A DNA stretch of 64,000 nt from Coriobacteriia bacterium (GTDB taxonomy: Bacteria > Actinomycetota > Coriobacteriia > Anaerosomatales > JAAXUF01): contig JAAXWY010000002.1 in NCBI GenBank assembly GCA_013334745.1, positions 35,421 through 99,420 of the forward strand, read 5' to 3'. Of this stretch, positions 37,540 to 44,996 are shown piece after piece (the stretch's first letter is position 1; every line of letters starts with the position of its first letter). The position numbers were made by a program, and so were the translations under genes. The notes beneath the pieces were generated by a model. The model made no database searches, was not told the origin of the DNA, and saw only the letters and a list, made by a program, of their open reading frames with translations.

Positions 37540-38073
37540 CTAACGAGCACCGACCTGAGCCACAGACAGAGTGCGGTCAAGCACCGAAGTCCGCACCGAC
37601 GGATCTGAGGCCCGCGTCGCTACATAGAAGTAGGCGCCGGGATCGGCCGGGCCACCCTTCCAGATGCCATGCGCAGAACCCCACGCTTTGCCGATCGCTC
37701 CTATGTTCTCGTCCCAGTCGCAGATGGCGTGGACGTGGATGCCCCCGTCGTCGTGGTTCTGGTGCGCTGTGGCGAAGAAGTTGCCCGTGTATCCGGCATC
37801 TCGGATGCACTTCTCGAAGTCGTCGAGTACGACGTCGGCTGCGGCCTTCCCCTTTGGTGCTTTGCGATACGTACCGCTGAAGAAAAGAGCCGCCGGCATT
37901 CGGGCCATCAGATGATCCTCGGCCAATCGCACGATCCTCGTGTCGGTGATGAAGTAGCGGTCGGCGTCCACCCTGTCGGGGATCTCCTGCGACTCATACG
38001 GATACAGCCGCGATATCTCCCGGTGGCGTCGCTTGATCTCCGAGCGTCGAACCCTAGGTACTTGGTTACTCAT
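37540..38073 (-). CDS. small HUH-type endonuclease-like protein (candidate rolling-circle Rep/relaxase)
   Basis: The order of motifs resembles Rep motifs I-III: FFSGTY (motif I-like), GGIHVHAIC (HUH-like) and GAYFYVATR (Tyr motif-like). Confidence 0.5.
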   Translation of the reverse strand: MSNQVPRVRRSEIKRRHREISRLYPYESQEIPDRVDADRYFITDTRIVRLAEDHLMARMPAALFFSGTYRKAPKGKAAADVVLDDFEKCIRDAGYTGNFFATAHQNHDDGGIHVHAICDWDENIGAIGKAWGSAHGIWKGGPADPGAYFYVATRASDPSVRTSVLDRTLSVAQVGAR

Positions 38074-38452
38074 CTTCCTTCTTCAGCCTCTCCATCTTCC
38101 CGGTATCTCCCTCTGGACATACCTATCCATCAAGTCCGGGGTTCCGGGCTCTACCTAAGTAGTACGGCTTCGATCTGAAAAAGTGCACAACTCGCGAAGT
38201 ACCGAGCGTCCTCCGATGCGAGCGCTCGATCAGCCACGTGCTGTCTCTCGCGTAGGAGGAGCTCGACTGGATGCACGGCACGGTCGACTTCCACCGACGA
38301 CCCTGCAGGCGACCTCGCGTTCGTCGGGAAACGCCCGCCGCCGGGCTGTCCGCAGCGAATCCCGAGGCCGGCTCCGTGCCAGTATTTGGTCAGGTCTAGA
38401 ACGACCGATCGTCGAGAAGGCGGGTGAAATCCGCCGAGGAAGGATAGCCCGT

Positions 38453-39181
38453 ATGAGCAAGAGCAAGATCGCGTGGACCGAGTCCACGTGGAACCCAGTG
38501 ACCGGTTGCACCAAGACCAGCGCCGGCTGCAAGAACTGCTATGCGGAGCGTCTGGCAGTACGTCTTCGGGCCATGGGCCAGGACAAGTACGCGAACGGCT
38601 TTCAGGTCACCACTCACCCCGAGTGCCTTGATGAGCCTAGGGGGTGGATCAAGCGCCGTCTGGTGTTCGTCTGCAGCATGGCTGACCTCTTCCACGACGA
38701 CGTGCCGGACGAGTTCATCAAATCCGTGTTCGCCGTCATGGCGGAGACACCACAGCACACGTATCAGGTGCTCACCAGGCGCTCGGGTCGGCTAGCGTCG
38801 TTGGCGCCAGAGCTCACCTTCGCACCGAACATCTGGGTGGGCGTCACGGTCGAGAATAACGACTACGTGCACCGTGTGGATGATCTCCGGCAGGTGCCGG
38901 CAGCGGTCCGGTTCATCAGCGCAGAGCCGCTTCTCGGTCCGCTGACCGACCTCGACCTGACAGGCATCGACCAGGTCATCGTCGGCGGTGAGTCCGGCAA
39001 GGGCTGGCGTCCGATGGACCCAGACTGGACTCGTGACCTCCGCGACCGCTGTGTGGGCGAGGGCGTGAGCTTCTTCCTGAAACAGTTCGCCGGGTTTCGG
39101 CCCAGGAAGCTCGGTCGTGAGCTCGATGGCGTGATCTGGGACGAGATGCCGAAGCGGGCAGCCGATGAGGATGCCGCGTAA
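38453..39181 (+). CDS. DUF5131 / phage Gp37-Gp68 family protein
   Basis: SKIAWTESTWNPVTGCTKTSAGCKNCYAE, then FVCSMADLFH and ISAEPLLGP...VIVGGESG, are all characteristic of this family. The ATG at 38453 follows a GAGGAAGGA RBS. Confidence 0.85.
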   Translation: MSKSKIAWTESTWNPVTGCTKTSAGCKNCYAERLAVRLRAMGQDKYANGFQVTTHPECLDEPRGWIKRRLVFVCSMADLFHDDVPDEFIKSVFAVMAETPQHTYQVLTRRSGRLASLAPELTFAPNIWVGVTVENNDYVHRVDDLRQVPAAVRFISAEPLLGPLTDLDLTGIDQVIVGGESGKGWRPMDPDWTRDLRDRCVGEGVSFFLKQFAGFRPRKLGRELDGVIWDEMPKRAADEDAA

Positions 39182-39446
39182 ACCATGACGATCCAGCTGA
39201 CAGCCCGGTTCTCGTGGCCGGGATCTTCGACAGGACCCGAGAGGATGAACACAGAGCAACCTGGTCCAAGTTGGCGGGACACCGCAGGTCCCGAGCGCTA
39301 CCCAAAGCCGTAGGTCCTCCCCCTAACGCACCACCCGACTCACACGAGCCATTTCTGCATCATCCGGCTGGGAGGCCATCCCCTTAGTTGAGCGCCACAA
39401 CGGCGCAACTTCTCGGGGCAATCGCTCCGGTGAGGATGGCTTCGCT

Positions 39447-39668
39447 ATGCCTGAGAACATGAACATCACGCAGGATCCGCTCATGACCGTTGCCGAGTTG
39501 GCCCGCTTCCTCCGCAAGTCGGAGGCATGGGTGTATCGCAACTCCCGCTCGGGAGTGCTGCCGACCATCATGGTTGGCCGTTCCCGTCGCTTTTCCCGCC
39601 GGGCAATCACCGGATGGCTTTCGCGTCGCTCGAGCTCCCAGCTCCACGACGACATGCACAACAACTAG
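39447..39668 (+). CDS. xis: excisionase / AlpA-like helix-turn-helix DNA-binding protein
   Basis: LMTVAELARFLRKSEAWVYRNSRSGVLPTIMVGRSRRFSRRAITGWL matches the excisionase-type HTH_17 pattern. It lies immediately upstream of the integrase gene. Confidence 0.75.
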   Translation: MPENMNITQDPLMTVAELARFLRKSEAWVYRNSRSGVLPTIMVGRSRRFSRRAITGWLSRRSSSQLHDDMHNN

Positions 39669-39686
39669 AGAAAGGGCGGCATCGCC

Positions 39687-40877
39687 ATGCCTGTATACAA
39701 GTACGAGCTCGACAGCAAGCGATCGGGAGGCAAGCCTAGTGTGCGTTGGCAGGCCTACCGCTACGACAAGAACGCGGGCCGGAATCGCTACCTCGGAACC
39801 TTTGCCACCAAGGCCGCTGCGAATGAGGCCATCCGACAGGAGGAGGAGCGTATTCGTCTCGGACGGCCACTCGTTCGGCGAAGAGTGATCGGCTTCTCCG
39901 ACCTTGTAGACGAGTGGATGTCCGTGCACGTGTCGAACCTGAGGCCCAATACCATCAACGACTACGAGGCGGCCGCGAAGCGTATGCGCCACTACTTCAA
40001 GAATGTACCGGTGGACTCGGTTGAACGCCGTGATGTCGCCTTGTACGTGTCTTGGCTGTGCAAACAACCTCTAGGGGTGCATACCGTCCGCAAGTTCGCG
40101 ACGAGGCTAACCCAGGTGTTCAACTTCGCCATCGAGTTCGGATACATCGATGCTTCGCCGACTGCCAGCGGGATCAAGAACCTGCCCAAGCTGCCACGCA
40201 AGCGCATCCAGCCACTGACGCCGGCGGAGCTTCGCAGTCTGCTCGACGTATTTCCCGAGCTCTACAGACCCATGGCCCTGATCATGGCAACGGCAGGGCT
40301 CCGTCGTTCAGAGGCCTTCGGCCTCACGACTGACAGCATCGACCTTGAGCGTGGCGAGCTCCGCGTGACCCATCAGCTAGTGAACGGTCGCCTAGTGGAG
40401 CCGAAGACCGAGAACGCCGTAAGGGTCATACCGCTTGCGCCCAGCGTGGTGGAGGCGTTGCGTCGACACCTCGAGCACCGTCCCGCCAACGAGCTCGACC
40501 TGCTGTTCCCTACTGAATCCGGCACGCCGATCATGGCTAGCAACTTCGTTCGCAGGGTGTGGGCGCCAGCCGTCGAGGCATCTGGTATCGGGCGCCACAT
40601 CACGATGCACGACCTGAGACGTACGTACGGGTCGATGACGGCTAGGCACGGGCGGAGCGCAGCCTATCTGCAAGCGACCATGGGCCACAGCAACGCCCGA
40701 ACGAGCCTCACGTATTACGTAGGAATCTACGGCGACGAGCAGCAAGAGGCGGTGGCCGATGTGGAGAAGTGGCTGGGTTCGGAACCCGCCAACCGCCATC
40801 CTGTCGGCCAGTTCATTGCCCTCGAGTCTGCGCCGGACTACAGAAATACTGAAGAAGAGGCGCAGTCAGCTGCCTGA
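39687..40877 (+). CDS. int: tyrosine integrase of the island
   Basis: Arm- and core-binding N-terminal region. The catalytic residues are in GLRRSEAFGL, MHDLRRTYGS and MGHSNARTSLTYYVGIY. It ends 49 nt before the tRNA-Ala 3' end. Confidence 0.9.
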   Translation: MPVYKYELDSKRSGGKPSVRWQAYRYDKNAGRNRYLGTFATKAAANEAIRQEEERIRLGRPLVRRRVIGFSDLVDEWMSVHVSNLRPNTINDYEAAAKRMRHYFKNVPVDSVERRDVALYVSWLCKQPLGVHTVRKFATRLTQVFNFAIEFGYIDASPTASGIKNLPKLPRKRIQPLTPAELRSLLDVFPELYRPMALIMATAGLRRSEAFGLTTDSIDLERGELRVTHQLVNGRLVEPKTENAVRVIPLAPSVVEALRRHLEHRPANELDLLFPTESGTPIMASNFVRRVWAPAVEASGIGRHITMHDLRRTYGSMTARHGRSAAYLQATMGHSNARTSLTYYVGIYGDEQQEAVADVEKWLGSEPANRHPVGQFIALESAPDYRNTEEEAQSAA

Positions 40878-40885
40878 GAGACAAA

Positions 40886-40917
40886 CAGGCCAGGGAGCAA
40901 ACACACTCCCTGACCTG
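40886..40917. terminator. hairpin between the integrase stop and the tRNA-Ala 3' end
   Basis: CAGGCCAGGGAG-CAAACACA-CTCCCTGACCTG, with one mismatch. It is the structural counterpart of the hairpin at 22470-22500. Confidence 0.5.
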
Positions 40918-40973
40918 CATATTCTTTGGTGGAGACGAAGGGGCTCGAACCCTCGACCCTCGGCTTGCAAAGC
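40914..40973 (-). repeat. att-type direct repeat (proximal island boundary) overlapping the 3' part of intact tRNA-Ala
   Basis: 59/60 identical to 22497-22556. Confidence 0.85.
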
Positions 40974-41002
40974 CGATGCTCTCCCAGCTGAGCTACGTCC
41001 CC
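40927..41002 (-). tRNA. tRNA-Ala (anticodon UGC)
   Basis: The reverse complement folds as a cloverleaf. Parts: acceptor GGGGACG/CGTCTCC with G3:U70, D arm GCTC..GAGC, anticodon loop TTTGCAA, T arm with TTCGAGC, and an encoded CCA. Length 76 nt. Confidence 0.95.
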
Positions 41003-41038
41003 GTGCGCGGGAGAGTATATCACCGCTTGCTCTGTCCG

Positions 41039-42262
41039 CTACTCCTCGTTCACGAGCGCGAGCACGGGCGCCTCGGCGAGGAGCTCGGCCACGGGGTCGA
41101 TTGGCTCGGTCATCGCCCATGGGAACACGACTGCGAGCAGCGGCGGCACGGCAACGGTGGATGCCACGACCACCATGATGATCATCGCGTAGCTCGTCGA
41201 ACCGATGACGCCCATCGCCAGGCCGGTCGATGCCACGATCAGCCCGACCTCACCACGCGGAACCATGCCGATGCCGATCGCAAGCATCTTGCGATAGCCC
41301 ATTCCTGCCGCCCCGAGCCCGCAACCGATGACCTTGGTCGCCAGCGCGATGGCAACGAGCACCAGACCGGGCACGAGCACCTTTGAGTCTGCGAACAGAG
41401 ACGGCTGCACCTGCATGCCCGTCACGACGAAGAAGTACGGCACGAGCCACTCGTACAGTGGCCGAGTCTGTCTGGTGAGTTCCCAGCGGTCTTCGGTCTC
41501 GGCGAACATCATGCCTGCAAAGAACGCACCCACGATGCCGGCCAGCCCGATCGCCTCGGAAAGTGCCGCCATTCCCAGCATCACGATGAGAGCCACCACG
41601 AACCCGGCATTGGGGATCTTGAGCTTGTCGAGCCAGTGCGCGTGACGCGAGACCAGTTTGGGCGCGATGAGCAGCTCGAAGCCGACGAACACCACGACCT
41701 GACCGATGAGCACCGCCATGTGCGCGATGTCCACACCGCCGCGACTCGACCCCACCACGAGCGACAGCACGAGCATTCCGAGCACGTCGTCGATGACGGC
41801 GGCGGCCAGGATGATGCGCGATTCAGTCGCGCTGAGGAACCCACGGTCCGCGAGCACGCGCGCGGTGATACCCACGGAGGTCGCGACGAGCGCGGTGCCG
41901 ATGAACAACGCCTCGGGCCGTCCGTTGCCCATCGTCATTCCGAACCAGTACCCGCACGCGAGTGGCAGTACGATCCCGACGCTGCCCACCACGAGTGCGC
42001 GCCCACCCACCTTGAACAGCTCGCTGGGCCGCGTCTCGAGCCCCACGACGAACATGAGCACGATCACGCCCATCGTCGCGACGGTCGACAGAACCGCTCC
42101 CGGCTCCACCCATCCGAGCAGCCCGGGTCCGATGATGATGCCCGCAAGCAGTTCGCCGATGACCGCCGGCTGACGGAGTCGCTCGAACACCTCGCCCATG
42201 AGCTTTCCGGCGCCGAAGACGATCAACAGGCTTATAAGGACGCGTGAGGTTTCGGTTTCCAT
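41039..42262 (-). CDS. cation:proton antiporter (CPA2 / Kef-NapA type), no KTN domain
   Basis: About 12-13 TM segments. The motifs GEVFERLRQPAVIGELLAGIIIGP and GLETRP are typical of the Na_H_Exchanger family. Confidence 0.85.
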   Translation of the reverse strand: METETSRVLISLLIVFGAGKLMGEVFERLRQPAVIGELLAGIIIGPGLLGWVEPGAVLSTVATMGVIVLMFVVGLETRPSELFKVGGRALVVGSVGIVLPLACGYWFGMTMGNGRPEALFIGTALVATSVGITARVLADRGFLSATESRIILAAAVIDDVLGMLVLSLVVGSSRGGVDIAHMAVLIGQVVVFVGFELLIAPKLVSRHAHWLDKLKIPNAGFVVALIVMLGMAALSEAIGLAGIVGAFFAGMMFAETEDRWELTRQTRPLYEWLVPYFFVVTGMQVQPSLFADSKVLVPGLVLVAIALATKVIGCGLGAAGMGYRKMLAIGIGMVPRGEVGLIVASTGLAMGVIGSTSYAMIIMVVVASTVAVPPLLAVVFPWAMTEPIDPVAELLAEAPVLALVNEE

Positions 42263-42570
42263 GACTGCCTCCGAGTAGTTCGCGTACGCGTAAGGCTAGT
42301 CCCGCCGGGTTTCCCGTCTGTTTCGTAACGCGTACCGGCAGCTTTCGGCGTGTCGAAATCGCGAAACGCATGTTTCACGGCTCGTTGTTCGTACGGAAAC
42401 TCCCCCGAAATATGGACACCGTAGGGTTGCTCCACGACCGCAATCGGTCTGCTCGGAGAAGCGCAACTCCGAGGTCGCCGTCCAACGACGTACGGCGCTT
42501 GTACCCCCCGAGGCGTTCCGCAACCCGCGGATCGTCGCCACCTAAGGAGGTGTGGGCGTTGAAGTCGCTT

Positions 42571-44166
42571 ATGACGCGTCTCTTCGACCCTTCCGCAGTA
42601 AAAGGGAGAATGCCTGACATTTTCAGGCGAGCTGCCGTGCGTACGGTGCTTCTTTCGATCGTCGCATTCGTACTTCTGACTGGCCTGGCTCTCGCGGGCG
42701 ACCCCACCGGTGCTGCCACCGGTGACATCAACGCGATCACCGCTGCCACTCCCGGCGCCCCGACACTCGAAGAAGTCGGTGCGAGTCTCGGCCACCTGAC
42801 CATCAGCACCAACATGTTCTTCGTTATGGTCGGTGTGTTCTTGATCTTCTTCATGCAGGCGGGCTTCATGCTCGTTGAGACCGGCTTCTGTCGCTCCAAG
42901 AACGCGGCGCATGTGGCCATGACGAACTTCATCGTCTTCGGCATCGGTGCCCTTGCGTACTGGGCCGCAGGATTCGCAATCCAGTTCGGGGGCTTCGGCT
43001 CCATCGCTCTTCTCGGCGGCGTCGAGCCGCTCGACAAGGTAGTCGCCGCGGCGCCCGGTTGGGGCCTGTTCGCCTACAAGGGCTTCTTCCTCGGCTCGCT
43101 GGGTGACGGCACGCTCGACGTCGGCATCTTCGCGTTCTTCCTCTTCCAGCTCGTCTTCATGGACACGGCCGCCACGATCGTCACCGGCGCGATGGCCGAG
43201 CGCTGGAAGTTCTCCGCGTTCATCCCGATGGGCGTCTTCATGGCCGTTGTGGTCTACCCGGTCTACGGCATGTGGGTGTGGGGCGGCGGCTGGCTGTCGC
43301 AGCTCGGCAACAACCTCGGCCTCGGCCACGGCGCGCTCGACTTCGCCGGCTCATCCGTCGTGCACATGATCGGTGGCTTCTCCGCCCTCGCAGGCGCGAT
43401 CGTCATCGGCCCTCGTATCGGCAAGTTCAAGAAGGACGGCACCCCCGTCGCCATCCCGGGTCACCACATCCCGATGGCAGTCCTCGGTACCATCATCCTG
43501 TTCTTCGGTTGGTTCGGCTTCAACGGCATGTCCACCCTGGCCGCCGGTGACATGCGCTTCTCCGTCATCATCGCCAACACGCTGCTTGCAGGCGCCGCAG
43601 GCATGATGACCGCGATGTTCCTGGTGTGGAAGATGTGGGGCAAGCCCGACCCGTCGATGGCTATCAACGGTTCGCTCGCCGGCCTCGTCGCCATCACCGC
43701 TCCCTGTGCGTTCGTCGGTCCGTGGGCGTCGGTCGTCATCGGTGGTATCGCCGGTATCTTGGTCGTCTACTCCGTCATCTTCATCGAGCGCAAGCTCAAG
43801 ATCGATGACCCGGTGGGTGCGTCTTCGGTCCACGGCGTCAACGGCGCGTGGGGCATGATCGCCCTCGGTCTGTTCGCCGATGGCAGCTACGGCGCCGGCT
43901 TCAACGGCGTGGCCGAGAACGTGACCGGCCTGTTCTACGGTGACCCGGGCCAGCTCTTCGCCCAGCTCATCGCAGTGGTCGTCGCCGCATCGTGGGCATT
44001 CGGCCTGTTCTACCTGTTCTTCAAGGTCCAGAAGGCCGTCATGGGTCTGCGCTCCTCCGAGGCCGATGAGATCTCCGGTCTGGACGCGACCGAGATGGGC
44101 GTGCTGGCCTACCCGGACTTCGTGAGCACCAGCCCCGTGACTGATGGCGTCGGAGGTGAGTCGTAA
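42571..44166 (+). CDS. amtB: ammonium transporter
   Basis: MQAGFMLVETG, FAFFLFQLVFMDTAATIVTGAMAERWKF, DFAGSSVVHMIGG and HGVNGAWG are Amt signatures. An N-terminal signal-like segment is present. A TTG at 42559, 8 nt after an AAGGAGG RBS, is an alternative start. Confidence 0.9.
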   Translation: MTRLFDPSAVKGRMPDIFRRAAVRTVLLSIVAFVLLTGLALAGDPTGAATGDINAITAATPGAPTLEEVGASLGHLTISTNMFFVMVGVFLIFFMQAGFMLVETGFCRSKNAAHVAMTNFIVFGIGALAYWAAGFAIQFGGFGSIALLGGVEPLDKVVAAAPGWGLFAYKGFFLGSLGDGTLDVGIFAFFLFQLVFMDTAATIVTGAMAERWKFSAFIPMGVFMAVVVYPVYGMWVWGGGWLSQLGNNLGLGHGALDFAGSSVVHMIGGFSALAGAIVIGPRIGKFKKDGTPVAIPGHHIPMAVLGTIILFFGWFGFNGMSTLAAGDMRFSVIIANTLLAGAAGMMTAMFLVWKMWGKPDPSMAINGSLAGLVAITAPCAFVGPWASVVIGGIAGILVVYSVIFIERKLKIDDPVGASSVHGVNGAWGMIALGLFADGSYGAGFNGVAENVTGLFYGDPGQLFAQLIAVVVAASWAFGLFYLFFKVQKAVMGLRSSEADEISGLDATEMGVLAYPDFVSTSPVTDGVGGES

Positions 44167-44504
44167 TGAAGCGTGTCGAAGCTATCGTTCGCCCGGAGAA
44201 GCTCGATGCCGTGAAGGAAGCGGTCGTTGCTCTCGGCCACAAGGGTCTGACGATCACGGAGGTGAAGGGCCACGGAACGCAGGGCGGCATCTCGCAGCAC
44301 TGGCGTGGCGCCGAGTACGTGATCGACCTGCTCCCCAAGGTCTCGCTCGTCGCGGTCGTCAACGACCACGAGGTCACCGACCTGGTGGCGGCGATCTCCA
44401 AGGCCGCGAAGACCGACCGTATCGGAGACGGCAAGATCTTCGTCTCGACGGTCGAAGAGGTCTACCGAGTTCGTACCGGTGAGAGCGGACCGGAGGCACT
44501 CTAG
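44166..44504 (+). CDS. glnK: P-II nitrogen regulatory protein
   Basis: 112 aa. MKRVEAIVRPEKLDAVKEA...GLTITEVKGHGTQGG plus a T-loop RGAEY. The start overlaps the amtB stop (TAATG). Confidence 0.95.
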   Translation: MKRVEAIVRPEKLDAVKEAVVALGHKGLTITEVKGHGTQGGISQHWRGAEYVIDLLPKVSLVAVVNDHEVTDLVAAISKAAKTDRIGDGKIFVSTVEEVYRVRTGESGPEAL

Positions 44505-44535
44505 CCCTCACGCCTCACCATAGGCACAACGCAAA

Positions 44536-44564
44536 GGAGCGGGTCCCTTCCAGGGGCCCGCTCC
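44536..44564 (+). terminator. hairpin after glnK
   Basis: GGAGCGGGTCCC-TTCCA-GGGGCCCGCTCC, followed by TCGTGT. Confidence 0.6.
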
Positions 44565-44571
44565 TCGTGTA

Positions 44572-44839
44572 CCGGTGAGGCTCGTATCTGCAGCCTAGCC
44601 GGGAAACGTCTTGACCGGGATGGCCTTCGCACCGCCTGAAGCGCCCCTGTGTGGGCTACTCTCGGGGACCTCTTGGCCGATCCTACGTGCTCTTCGGCCT
44701 CATCCCCGGCGAATCAACGGCTTATGCCTGATCCCGCTTCGCGTCCGATCTCTACGGTCGCTTCCCCGGAACCTTCATCTGCCATCCCGGTCGTACTGCT
44801 CTGTGGTGCTTTCCGTCTGCAGTTTGACCTCCTGACCGG
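44572..44839. ncRNA. candidate structured RNA, unclassified (rod-like fold); strand undetermined
   Basis: Nested long-range pairings: 44572-80/44828-39, CTGCAG 44588-93/44817-22, 44600-06/44811-16 and a 12-bp helix 44613-24/44781-92. There are also internal hairpins, for example 44665-69/44703-07 enclosing 44675-80/44694-99. It lies between convergent genes and has no credible ORF. Confidence 0.3.
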
Positions 44840-44926
44840 ACGGGTGCGGACGCCGAGCAAAGCGTCCTCTCCTAGGAATATACGCCCGCTCGTTACGACT
44901 CACACCCCTATTGACCGTCGAAACGA

Positions 44927-44953
44927 CGAACGGCTCCGCATGGGAGCCGTTCG
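44927..44953 (-). terminator. hairpin downstream of the rhodanese-thioredoxin gene
   Basis: CGAACGGCTCC-GCATG-GGAGCCGTTCG, followed on the minus strand by TCGTTTCG. Confidence 0.55.
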
Positions 44954-44996
44954 GTATTCATTCGGCGATGAACGCTATGGACTTCCCGATAAGCGT

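Larger units (their letters stand above)
22497..40973. mobile_element. tRNA-Ala-integrated genomic island / integrative element, about 18.4 kb
   Basis: Flanking 60-bp direct repeats. Excisionase and tyrosine integrase genes lie next to the intact tRNA. The cargo is foreign-looking (defence genes, RadC, Rep-like, DUF5131), and several stretches are lower in GC. Confidence 0.8.

Noticed and set aside
44572-44839. RNase P RNA, tmRNA or SRP RNA identity for the structured intergenic segment
   Set aside because: The minus strand contains GGAAAGCACCACAGAGCAG, which faintly recalls the RNase P P4 region. However, the GAGGAAAGUCCGGGC and ACAGAACCCGGC elements are absent and the segment is too short. 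There is no tRNA-like 3' end as in tmRNA, and no GGAAGCAGC-type SRP domain IV motif.
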